Below, piece by piece: positions 17,267 through 26,196 of a stretch of DNA of 64,000 nucleotides; the first letter of the stretch is position 1, and each line of letters starts with the position of its first letter. The stretch is from positions 41,885-105,884 of the IMG/VR virus record IMGVR_UViG_3300036939_000021, one strand, 5' to 3'. A program made the position numbers and the translations under genes. The notes beneath the pieces are model-generated. The model saw nothing but the letters and a program-made list of their open reading frames with translations, was not told the origin of the DNA and did no database searches. Source of the DNA: a virus.

Positions 17267-18964
17267 ATGGTTATTCTATACAATAAACAAGGTATTTCGG
17301 TTGATGTTCCTGAAGGAGCGGTTGAACAGGCTTTAAATGAAGGTTTTACTAGAGATTTTCCTACTTTAGCTGTTTTAATAAAAAACTATAATCCTAATGT
17401 TAATCAGGATGAAATACCTGTAGATATACAAGGAACGTTAAAACAAGTAGAATTTATTTTACAAAATCGTTCGGATACTGTTATTAATGTTCGTTATGGC
17501 GATACAGGTAGTGAAACTAATATACCTGGAGGTGTACCTGCTAATGGTAAATTAAGATTTACTGCTTTTTCTGGTACAACACAAGTAAGTAGTTTACCTA
17601 CGGTCTTAGTAACTTCTTCTGATTCTGATAATTTTGTAGAGTTAGAAAAATTTATTATATTTACAGCTACGCAACAAAAAAGTGGAACTATAACAAAAGT
17701 TGAGTTTTATTCTGGTGCAAGATTATTAGGTACTGTAGTATCAGCACCTTATACACTACAGCATACTTTTACAGCTACAGGAAAATATAAAATATACGCA
17801 CGTTGTTATAGTGGTACTGATTATACAACGAGTAATTTTTTAGATGTTTTTGCCATACCTAATAGAAGACAAGATCGAAATTTTACTCCTACCGTAACGC
17901 TAACAGCACCAAACACCGGAATAATAAATCAAGCTGTTTTATTACAAGCGATTGCTACAGATTTAGATGGTACGGTTAATAAAGTTGAATTTTATTCTAA
18001 TGATTTAAAAATAGGCGAAGATATAACAACACCATATTCTTTAAGTTATACTTTTGTTACTGGTGGAACTTATGTAGTAAAAGCAAGAGTTTATGATAAT
18101 TTAGGTGCAACATCAGAATCTAATATTATACAGATTGTTATTTCAGCACCTTCTGTTCCTATTCCTACAATTTCTGTAACAGCACCAAGTACAGCTAATA
18201 CAAATACCGCTCTTACTTTAAATGCTACTGCAAGTATTACAGGAGATACGATAGCAGGTGTTCAATTTTTAGTAAATGGTATTAATCAAGGTAGTGCTGA
18301 TACAACATCACCTTATTCCATAAGTTGGACTCCTACCACACCGGGAAATTATACAATTACTGCTATTGCAACCGGAGTTTTAGGAGGTAGTGCTACAAGT
18401 GCAGGAGTAACGGTAACGGTAACAACCCCAGCTGTACCAACTCCTACAATATCTATTGCTAATACAACACCAAAAGCAGGATTAATAAATGAAGTTTTTA
18501 TAATAACCGCAACAGCAGCTTTAACAGGAGATACATTAACTTCTGTTCAATTTAGAGTTGATGGATCGAATATAGGAAGTCCGGATACAGTAGCACCTTA
18601 TAGTTTAAGTCATACTTTTACAACAAAAGGTATTAAGCAATTATCAGCTATTGCTTTAGGTTCTCAAGGTGGAACAGCAACATCAGCTAACTACTCTATA
18701 CAAATATTTGACTCAAAGGTCGTTGGTGGAGGTGCTGGTGCTGGTGGTGCTTCCTTAGGTGCTGATCCTGCCGATTTTATGTTATTTGACACTAATTTAG
18801 CTGGGGGCAATGCTTCAACTATGGCGATATTCGTAGGAGCAACACAAGTGGGGGCATTTAATTATGATGATACAAGTTATGCAGGTAAACCTTTTGCTTA
18901 TTTTCATAATGCAACTAGCACTATGTACACAGGAACTATTCAACCTACTGTTAACTTTTCCTAA
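17267..18964 (+). CDS. Ig-like repeat virion decoration protein
   Basis: Four V.F......G.D...PY repeats (Big_7-like). Confidence 0.75.
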   Translation: MVILYNKQGISVDVPEGAVEQALNEGFTRDFPTLAVLIKNYNPNVNQDEIPVDIQGTLKQVEFILQNRSDTVINVRYGDTGSETNIPGGVPANGKLRFTAFSGTTQVSSLPTVLVTSSDSDNFVELEKFIIFTATQQKSGTITKVEFYSGARLLGTVVSAPYTLQHTFTATGKYKIYARCYSGTDYTTSNFLDVFAIPNRRQDRNFTPTVTLTAPNTGIINQAVLLQAIATDLDGTVNKVEFYSNDLKIGEDITTPYSLSYTFVTGGTYVVKARVYDNLGATSESNIIQIVISAPSVPIPTISVTAPSTANTNTALTLNATASITGDTIAGVQFLVNGINQGSADTTSPYSISWTPTTPGNYTITAIATGVLGGSATSAGVTVTVTTPAVPTPTISIANTTPKAGLINEVFIITATAALTGDTLTSVQFRVDGSNIGSPDTVAPYSLSHTFTTKGIKQLSAIALGSQGGTATSANYSIQIFDSKVVGGGAGAGGASLGADPADFMLFDTNLAGGNASTMAIFVGATQVGAFNYDDTSYAGKPFAYFHNATSTMYTGTIQPTVNFS

Positions 18965-19287
18965 TGGCAACTCTTACGGCTAACGCTCAAAGACTAGGAA
19001 CTAATTATAAAAACGCTGCTTTTGTTTCTACTGGTAGTGTTTTTGCTGTAGGAACTACTACAGTTTTTATCAGAGAAGCTAACGGTACTTTAAGAAGTTG
19101 GCAAAATGGCAGAGCATCTTTTTTGAATACCTTGCCTGGAACTAATAAAGATGAAATTCCAGCCTACACAGCTTTTCAAGTACTGCCAAGTCAGGAAATA
19201 ATAACAGATGATAGTTTATTATCATTTGGAACCACCATTGCTACGGGTGGCGGCACGACTGTAAATGCTAACGGATTTATTCTCTAA
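18964..19287 (+). CDS. putative structural protein
   Basis: Translationally coupled within the virion operon. Confidence 0.6.
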   Translation: MATLTANAQRLGTNYKNAAFVSTGSVFAVGTTTVFIREANGTLRSWQNGRASFLNTLPGTNKDEIPAYTAFQVLPSQEIITDDSLLSFGTTIATGGGTTVNANGFIL

Positions 19288-19289
19288 TC

Positions 19290-20018
19290 ATGACTCAAAA
19301 TACTAGACCAGTTGACGTTTCAGCAAATGGCAGCACTTCACAGGTTAATCTAATCGTAGATAGAAACGCATCAGGACACGAGGCAATGGGACGAGCGTTA
19401 GTTCACAACGAAAACCTGGTCAGTGCCGCAAATCCTTTGCCTATCACCAATGCAAGCTTGCCTAGTACATTAGGTGCTAAAATAGCTGCTCAAAGTTTTG
19501 CGGTAACTCTTTCTACTGACGGTGCGTTTGCTACTGCTTTCGGTGCTGCGACTGACGCTGCGTCTGCAACAGATACGGGAAACACTGGATTTATATCGCT
19601 TTTTAAACGTTTGTTTTCCAAGCTCCCAGCTGCTTTGGTAAACAATAGATTTGCTGTAGATTCAGTTGTCCGTACTGCTGTAACAAATCCATTGCAATAT
19701 GCCGCCATAGGTACTAGTGCAGGCGCAAATATTAAAAATACAACAGGCTCACTTTATTCGTTGTCTTGTTTGAATTCAAATGCAAGCACTCGCTATGTTC
19801 AGCTTTTTAATAAGAATACTGCTCCAGTGGCTAGTGATATACCGTTAGAAAGTTTTGCTGTCTACGGAAATGATGGTCAATTAGTGCTAGGTCAAGACTA
19901 TTTTACGTTGAATGGTATTGATTTTTCTACTGGTATTAGTTGGGGAATATCAACTACGCGTAACTTATATACAGCAGCTACAGCAGCAGATACTATTTTT
20001 ACAGCGAGGTATTTATGA
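19290..20018 (+). CDS. putative fibre/collar protein
   Basis: A/T-rich; GFISLFKRL trimer motif; C-terminal jelly-roll-like GIDFSTGI motif. Confidence 0.6.
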   Translation: MTQNTRPVDVSANGSTSQVNLIVDRNASGHEAMGRALVHNENLVSAANPLPITNASLPSTLGAKIAAQSFAVTLSTDGAFATAFGAATDAASATDTGNTGFISLFKRLFSKLPAALVNNRFAVDSVVRTAVTNPLQYAAIGTSAGANIKNTTGSLYSLSCLNSNASTRYVQLFNKNTAPVASDIPLESFAVYGNDGQLVLGQDYFTLNGIDFSTGISWGISTTRNLYTAATAADTIFTARYL

Positions 20019-20884
20019 GCGGTTCTTTCCCTCCTCCATCTCTTGATCCTGTTGCTTTAACTTACGCGGCTCCTGGAACTTTTACTCTGACGATTCCTGC
20101 AAATGCAAAGTTGTTGCGCTTGATTGCAATAGCTTCCGGTAGTGGCGGTGCTAGCGGTCGTAGAGGTGCAGCGGGTACAGCCAGATTCGGTGGTGGTTCC
20201 GGTGCTTCTGGAAACACTTCTGACGTAACCTATTCAGTCTCCTCTTTGGAATCCAGGATTCTCACAATTACTGTTCCTGCTGGTGGTGTTGGAGGAGCTG
20301 CTGTAACAACAGATGATACTAATGGTGCTAATAGCGTAGCTGGAAGTTCTGCTTTTGTGACTATACCTGAACGAACTCTAATAGCCGCCAGTGGTAACGG
20401 GTTAGCGTCTGGTGGTACTAACGCCGCTGGTGCGGGTGCGAGTATGTTCGCAGCCACTCAGCCCGGTACATTTTCAGGAGTGGCAGGAGTTTCAGCAATT
20501 GTCAATGGTACATCTACGACAGGGCTATCTAATGCAAACGGCGCTGCTTCTGGTGGTGCCGGGGGGGGGATCGATGCAAGTAATGTCGTCAGAGCTGGAG
20601 GAAACGGAGGACTAGGTGGAAGAACTAATGCTCGGTCGTTAGCCGATGCTGGCAGTGGTGGTGCGATAGATACACCTGGAACTTCAGCAGGTGTACGACA
20701 GCCCGGAAATCTCGGAGGTTCTGGTGGTGGTGGCGGTGGGGCAAGTATCACTGCTGCTGGCGGCAATGGCGGTGACGGAATACTAGGTGGTGGCGGTGGC
20801 GGTGGCGGTGCCTCTGCTAACGGATTCAATTCTGGTGCTGGCGGTAAGGGTGGAGACGGAGCTGTGTATATTTACTACTGGTAA
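20015..20884 (+). CDS. glycine-rich fibre domain protein
   Basis: GGGGGG tracts and GGKGGDGAVYIYYW terminus typical of phage Gly-rich domains. Confidence 0.75.
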   Translation: MSGSFPPPSLDPVALTYAAPGTFTLTIPANAKLLRLIAIASGSGGASGRRGAAGTARFGGGSGASGNTSDVTYSVSSLESRILTITVPAGGVGGAAVTTDDTNGANSVAGSSAFVTIPERTLIAASGNGLASGGTNAAGAGASMFAATQPGTFSGVAGVSAIVNGTSTTGLSNANGAASGGAGGGIDASNVVRAGGNGGLGGRTNARSLADAGSGGAIDTPGTSAGVRQPGNLGGSGGGGGGASITAAGGNGGDGILGGGGGGGGASANGFNSGAGGKGGDGAVYIYYW

Positions 20885-20890
20885 CAAATT

Positions 20891-22813
20891 ATGAGTGGAT
20901 CGTTTAGTTCGCCTTCAACAGCATCAGCAGGGTCTACTAACTTTAAACAACCGCAAACAGGAACTATTACTAGAACCCTGTCTGCGAAATTAGCTGAAAG
21001 CGTAAGTGTTAAAGACTTCGGGGCTGTAGGCAATAATATTGCTGATGATACCGCAGCTATTCAAGCAGCTATTGATGCCGTTAAAAATACGGGAGTAAAA
21101 CTTGTTATTCCCGCTGGAAACTACAAAATTACCGATACCATCAAGATTGGATACGGAAATAGCCAATATGTAGCTATCCATATTGAAGGTGCCGGACGGA
21201 ATCAAGACTTTGGTACGTGTCGATTTATTGCAACCTTCAATGATAGACCCGCAATTAATATCCAGGGAGCTAGAGGGGTAACACTTTCTGGAATATCTGT
21301 AAAAGGTGTAAATGTTGCCCCAGAGTCAAGAAGTGATTTTCTAACTAATCCTGACTATCTCGACTGGATAACGGCAGGTTGCACTTTTGGCACTTACAAC
21401 CCTTATTGTGGGATTGCTATTGACGCTTACTCAGGTGCCGATCCTGGAGCAGGCATTGATTATCCTAACGATCCTTACGGACGTTTTCACACAAGTAGAG
21501 TAACTGTCAAAGAGGTTGAGGTTCGTAACTTTGTTGTAGGATATTGTGTCAAACCAGCGAATGACGACAACAACGCCGAGGATATTGCCTTTAGAGATTG
21601 TGTGGCAAAGGGATGTACATTTGGTTTGACAACAGGAGGAAAACAAAACAAAGGAATTAGCTATACCGATGGAGCGATGATTAATTGCTTCTGTGCTTAT
21701 TCTGGCTTGCGCTATGGCAAACAAAATGGTTCAATCCCCAGATTATTTAATTTAGATATTGTAGTATGCCATCGGATTCTAGAAGTTGCACATACTGTAT
21801 ACTCAGGTTCTATAACAGGACTGTATTGTGAAAATATCTGTGAACTAGGGTATTTTGGAAGTGGTTATGCTAGCGCTAGCAATACTCTGTCTATAACAGG
21901 CTGTACATTCAACAGAACAGAATACAATAGTGGGGTTTTCGCAGCTTTCTACATGAACGTAGCTTTTCATGGCTGTTCATTTCAAGCTGCCGATCCCGAA
22001 GGTGTAATCAACTTTTATCTTGACCCTTTAAACGTATATATCGCTTTTAATAACTGTACTTTTGGTCACACTCAAGGAAACGCAAATACTAAGCGTGTTG
22101 TCTATTCCGGCACCAATCAACTGAGTATGGCTCAAGGGTGCAAGATGATTTATGGCTCACAATTTCTTTGTGACAACACCTTGCGCTTATCAAGTATTCC
22201 GAATAGACAAATTATTTACGAAACTATTTGGGAACTAGTCACAAGGACAACTACAACCACAAATAGATATAAGATTACTCGTGGCTTCACTCCTACGGTA
22301 TTTTTTGGAGATGCACGAAGCATTTCTGCTGACAAAACAACTGTAACTATTACGGCAAGTAGCGGTAGCTTTCCCTCTTACATGATTGGCGATTTTATTC
22401 TTTGGAACATCAAAGTTAAAAGCCCTGTAGGGACTCTTGTTAACTGGTTGGCTCCAGCTTTTAAAGTATCTGCAATAGATACGGGGACACTTACCGTCAC
22501 AGCAACTTGTTTTATTTTGCCTGCAAATATCAGCGACACAGTTCCTAGTAATACCGTGTTATATAGAGAAACGTTTTTTAATGCAACCCTTTCAACTGCG
22601 ACTGTGACAGCTGGCAGCAATGTTCTTACGAGTGTTACTGGTTTAGCCACAAACTTTCAACCAGGAGACTGGATAAGGGGAACGGGTTTACCAGGCTCTA
22701 CAAGAGTAGTCAGTGTTGATTCTTCAGCAGGAACACTGACTATGAATGTTAACGCTACAGCTAGCGGGACTGGAGTCACAATTGACAATTCTACAGTAAC
22801 TTTAACTAATTAA
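20891..22813 (+). CDS. tailspike with pectate-lyase-like beta-helix
   Basis: RTLSAKLAESVSVKDFGAVG...DDTAAIQAAID...IPAGNY motif. Confidence 0.85.
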   Translation: MSGSFSSPSTASAGSTNFKQPQTGTITRTLSAKLAESVSVKDFGAVGNNIADDTAAIQAAIDAVKNTGVKLVIPAGNYKITDTIKIGYGNSQYVAIHIEGAGRNQDFGTCRFIATFNDRPAINIQGARGVTLSGISVKGVNVAPESRSDFLTNPDYLDWITAGCTFGTYNPYCGIAIDAYSGADPGAGIDYPNDPYGRFHTSRVTVKEVEVRNFVVGYCVKPANDDNNAEDIAFRDCVAKGCTFGLTTGGKQNKGISYTDGAMINCFCAYSGLRYGKQNGSIPRLFNLDIVVCHRILEVAHTVYSGSITGLYCENICELGYFGSGYASASNTLSITGCTFNRTEYNSGVFAAFYMNVAFHGCSFQAADPEGVINFYLDPLNVYIAFNNCTFGHTQGNANTKRVVYSGTNQLSMAQGCKMIYGSQFLCDNTLRLSSIPNRQIIYETIWELVTRTTTTTNRYKITRGFTPTVFFGDARSISADKTTVTITASSGSFPSYMIGDFILWNIKVKSPVGTLVNWLAPAFKVSAIDTGTLTVTATCFILPANISDTVPSNTVLYRETFFNATLSTATVTAGSNVLTSVTGLATNFQPGDWIRGTGLPGSTRVVSVDSSAGTLTMNVNATASGTGVTIDNSTVTLTN

Positions 22814-22826
22814 AAATATAGATCAA

Positions 22827-23027
22827 ATGGCATGATTAGCTAAATTTGATAATACCGAAAAAATATTATATTTTCGAGAAAGTTCTAATTTGCCTTGGAG
22901 AGTATATAACACAACACCTTATGCAACTCTTGGTTATAAAATTTCAAAAGGTTCTAAAGGTTGGACAACATACCAAAAGCTAAAAAAACTTAATTGGAAA
23001 TTAATAGCAACCGAAAAAATAGAATAA
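22827..23027 (+). pseudogene. paralogue of 62229..62444 with TGA at codon 3
   Basis: MA*LAKFDNTEKILYFRESSNLPWRVY...GSKGWTTYQKLKKLNWKLI aligns with MCWLS...LYLR...PWKLY...GSHGYATQQVL..GWKLV. Confidence 0.7.
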
Positions 23028-23038
23028 GAAATTAAAAA

Positions 23039-23386
23039 TTATATTCCTGTATAATTCCGATGGGAATGTTCTAGTTTTAACGAAAGTTTCCAAATATCGG
23101 AAGCATCCCAACTCCAAGAACGCTCTATAACTTTATAGAGTCTAGCCTCAAACCAAAACGGTTTTCCGGCACGTTCTTTTAAAAAATTATCTATTGCTGT
23201 CTTGTCAGTAAAAGATTTTATTGTTAGATTTAACGACCAATCATCATCTACTGTATTTATTGCTGTTAAATTTGAGCGTGTCTCAATACCTCCATTACGT
23301 CTAGAAGATTGCACATCCAAGGAATAATTTTGAGAATCACCAAAGCTACGTTTTAGGGCTGTAGGTGCGAAAGGATAAGTAGACAT
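23039..23386 (-). CDS. minor tail protein M-like
   Basis: W.L....AIDNFL.ERAGKPFWF pattern of lambda gpM-type proteins. Confidence 0.7.
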   Translation of the reverse strand: MSTYPFAPTALKRSFGDSQNYSLDVQSSRRNGGIETRSNLTAINTVDDDWSLNLTIKSFTDKTAIDNFLKERAGKPFWFEARLYKVIERSWSWDASDIWKLSLKLEHSHRNYTGI

Positions 23387-23446
23387 ACAAAAAAGAAGCT
23401 AGATTTTTTAAGTCTAGCTTCTTTTTTATTCCGGGGGGATTGAATT

Positions 23447-23683
23447 TTAGCCTTGTTCTATAAGTCTAATCATGTAATTCATTGCTTTCCATGCTTTTTC
23501 GTTACGGGCATCTAGAAAGCAATTTTGAAAAATAATTTTTTGCTCTTGTGTCAGATTGTTTGTATTAATTCTTTGACTAATAAAAATTTGAAGATCTCTA
23601 GCTGTTTTGAGTTTTTTATTAAAATATTTTTCAACTAAAGTTAAAGTCTCTTGTCTAGCTACTCTTAGATTTTTAGAAGTCAT
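23447..23683 (-). CDS. hypothetical early protein (inserted cassette)
   Basis: Own promoter at 23710-23748 and terminator at about 23389-23427. Confidence 0.7.
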   Translation of the reverse strand: MTSKNLRVARQETLTLVEKYFNKKLKTARDLQIFISQRINTNNLTQEQKIIFQNCFLDARNEKAWKAMNYMIRLIEQG

Positions 23684-23709
23684 TTTTCTTAGTCCTTAGC
23701 TTTTTTTTC

Positions 23710-23748
23710 CGACTCCTATATCATAACTAAAATCTAAGATGTTGTCAA
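23710..23748 (-). promoter_or_regulatory. phage early promoter (repeat family)
   Basis: TTGACA-17-TATGAT-ATAGGAGTCG. Confidence 0.8.
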
Positions 23749-23798
23749 GCATATAGTAAAAATAAATTTTAAAGAAAAGCACACACCGGAATAATAAA

Positions 23799-24128
23799 TT
23801 ATCTTGCTTCTTGGATACTCAGTGATATTTTCCATAATCCGGGTGATTCTTCTACAGTATTAAAATTAGAACACCAAAAATTTTTAAGAGGCATAAAATT
23901 ATAGGGACGCCATTGAAAAGGGATTACACCAGCATGATTTTCTATAAATAATATATAAGTTTCAATTTCTAAATCAGATAAACCATTACATGAAAGACTC
24001 CATTCTTCACGTTCACTATCTGTAACAGTAATATCTAAACTATAGCCATCACCTAATTTTATTCGATTACTTACTGGTTTATTAGTTTGAGAAAATCCCC
24101 AATTAGGAGAAAGTACAAGTTCAGTCAT
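23799..24128 (-). CDS. minor tail protein M
   Basis: LGDGY...WSL...F...HAG..PF.W.P motif of lambda gpM. Confidence 0.85.
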   Translation of the reverse strand: MTELVLSPNWGFSQTNKPVSNRIKLGDGYSLDITVTDSEREEWSLSCNGLSDLEIETYILFIENHAGVIPFQWRPYNFMPLKNFWCSNFNTVEESPGLWKISLSIQEAR

Positions 24129-24133
24129 AATTT

Positions 24134-24787
24134 TTAATCATATCGTCTAACTCCAGGGAATCCTCCATAACGTCTAACATGACCATGATAAAGTTTACAC
24201 ATATCTAAATCATGACGACATTCTCTGATTCCATTACTTGTTACTTGTCCAGCAAGATTATAATTAATATCTAATCGTGCTTGACAGTTTCCATCATCAT
24301 ATGTAGAAGTTCTAAGAATCCATTGACAACGTCTAAAGTAGCCTCTAGCTGGTACAGTTAAGCGTTGAAAATCCATTCCACCTATACAGTCAAATTCGAT
24401 TTGTACTTGTGGTTCCCAAGTACGTTGATTTATTATTAGTTTTAAATCTCCTTGAAATTGTGTAGGATCGCTTGTAATTTGATTATCAAGGTAAGCTTTC
24501 CAAGTACGTTTTACACTTAAAATAGTGCCTATAAATCCCCCCATACTTTGAATGAGTCCACCAAGATAACCTGATTCATCGGATACTGTTAATTTAGATC
24601 CAGGTACAGCACCATCAGCCGTTAAACCTGTCCAGTTAAAACTTATAGGTACTGGTTCGTATTCTTGACCATTAAAACTTACTCCGGCAATATTACAGAA
24701 AAAGATAGTTTGATTTCTTCCATTAATTTGAAAAAGATCTATACCATCCTCTAAGTCCAGTCCTTGTACATCTTCAATAATCGGCAT
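24134..24787 (-). CDS. minor tail protein L
   Basis: FNGQEY.P.PI, P..KLTVS, V.RT...YLD, C.W..R...C...C...L..C...YGGFPG. Confidence 0.85.
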   Translation of the reverse strand: MPIIEDVQGLDLEDGIDLFQINGRNQTIFFCNIAGVSFNGQEYEPVPISFNWTGLTADGAVPGSKLTVSDESGYLGGLIQSMGGFIGTILSVKRTWKAYLDNQITSDPTQFQGDLKLIINQRTWEPQVQIEFDCIGGMDFQRLTVPARGYFRRCQWILRTSTYDDGNCQARLDINYNLAGQVTSNGIRECRHDLDMCKLYHGHVRRYGGFPGVRRYD

Positions 24788-24792
24788 AATCT

Positions 24793-25248
24793 ATGAATAA
24801 ATATGAAATGTTAGATAATGTTCAAGATCGAATTACTCATTATAGAGAAATAAGTAAACCTCCTGTAATAGTACCATCACCTAGAAATATAAGACTTAAT
24901 ATTATTTCTATAAAAATAGAAGAAAATTATACCTATACTTTAGAAGTTCTTTGGGGAAAACCTTTAAAACATGATAATACTACAGAAGATTATATTTCTA
25001 GTTATATTGTAGAAATATCAAAAAATGGAAACAATTATAGTAATAGGCAAGAGATTGAGGAAAACTCTCAACGAATAGCACGATTTGAAAATATGATGAT
25101 TGGTGACTATAAAGCTCGTGTAGCTGCTGTTGTAGCGACTTCAGACAAAATGAGTAGTTGGGAATATTCTAAAACACTTTTTAATCACTTTCCTAATAAT
25201 GCCAGATTAAATTATAATAATCCAGATACATATTGGTGGGAATTATAA
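24793..25248 (+). CDS. FN3-domain protein, probable detached C-terminal part of tail tip J
   Basis: NKYEMLDN...PSPRNI...V.W.KP...Y.VE.......G.Y.ARV.AV....SSW FN3 pattern. Confidence 0.65.
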   Translation: MNKYEMLDNVQDRITHYREISKPPVIVPSPRNIRLNIISIKIEENYTYTLEVLWGKPLKHDNTTEDYISSYIVEISKNGNNYSNRQEIEENSQRIARFENMMIGDYKARVAAVVATSDKMSSWEYSKTLFNHFPNNARLNYNNPDTYWWEL

Positions 25249-25251
25249 ATT

Positions 25252-26196
25252 ATGGGTAGTCGTAGATATAGAGCGCCAAAAGACGATAACACTTTAGATT
25301 ATTTTTATAAAGATATAGAAGGTGAAGGAACAAAAGAAAATCCTGATAAAACAGGAGTAGTTATAAGACCAAATAACTTAACAGGAGATGTAACAGATGT
25401 AGCTAACAAAGATGGTAATTTTATTGAAGTTCTAAAATACATTGCAAATACTCAATTTCAATTAAATAATAATTCTACGGCAAATAAAGACGGTGACTTA
25501 CTAGGAGTTTTGCGTTATATATCAAATAATCTAGCTGTTAGCAATAATCAATCAGCTCCCAATAAAGATGGAGATTTACTTGGAGTTTTACGTTATATTG
25601 CCAATAATTTAGTAACAACTACAAATAATTCTATACCTAATAAAGATGGTGATGTTTTAGCTATACTTCGATACATCTCTAATAATTTAGCTTTAAATAA
25701 TAGTAATTCTACAGCTAACAAAGATGGTGATTTATTAGGAACTTTAAGATATATAAGCAATAATCTAACTTTGATAAGTTCTCAAAATAGATCATCTAAA
25801 GTAACTACTGTAACTAATAGGACTGTATCAACAACTTTAACTACAATTTTTGATACTGTTTGTGCTAATCATAATCAGCTTTCATTAAGATTACAAAACA
25901 CTGGTAGTGTAGCTTTAAATGCTTTACAAGTACACGGCTTTGAGTCAGAAGATTTTCCTAATGATTTTCAAATAATTGCCGATACAGGTGCTAGTTATAC
26001 TAGTCAAAATGGAAGACAAACAAATAATAATATTATTCCAGTGGTAGATGCATCTGGCACTTTTCCCGGAGTGCCAGGAAATCAAGGAAAAGCCGGAATT
26101 TTATTAAATGTCAGATTTTATCAAAGAATACGCTTACAAGCTAGTGTAAGCGCAGGAACTACAACAATGTCAGTAGGAGGTACTTTAATGTGCTAA
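25252..26196 (+). CDS. fibre-like protein with five 26-aa repeats
   Basis: NKDGDLLGVLRYISNNL repeats; C-terminal RIRLQASV jelly-roll-like region. Confidence 0.7.
   Translation: MGSRRYRAPKDDNTLDYFYKDIEGEGTKENPDKTGVVIRPNNLTGDVTDVANKDGNFIEVLKYIANTQFQLNNNSTANKDGDLLGVLRYISNNLAVSNNQSAPNKDGDLLGVLRYIANNLVTTTNNSIPNKDGDVLAILRYISNNLALNNSNSTANKDGDLLGTLRYISNNLTLISSQNRSSKVTTVTNRTVSTTLTTIFDTVCANHNQLSLRLQNTGSVALNALQVHGFESEDFPNDFQIIADTGASYTSQNGRQTNNNIIPVVDASGTFPGVPGNQGKAGILLNVRFYQRIRLQASVSAGTTTMSVGGTLMC
25405..25794 (+). repeat. 5 x 78-bp coding tandem repeat
   Basis: AAYAAAGAYGGW units at 25405, 25483, 25561, 25639, 25717. Confidence 0.85.

Noticed and set aside
20230-20829. Pro-rich minus-strand ORFs (20458..20829, 20230..20457)
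   Set aside because: Antisense shadows of the glycine-rich gene; GGN codons read as CCN on the other strand.
22827-22835. Alternative genetic code (TGA=Trp or TAG=Gln) suggested by in-frame stops here and at 2131
   Set aside because: TGA and TAG end many intact genes (dcd, K, SF2 helicase, capsid), and long genes have no internal stops under code 11.
9500-24800. Site-specific inversion or excision rejoining the two J halves
   Set aside because: No shared repeat or in-frame junction was found at the two ends, and no recombinase is present in the window.
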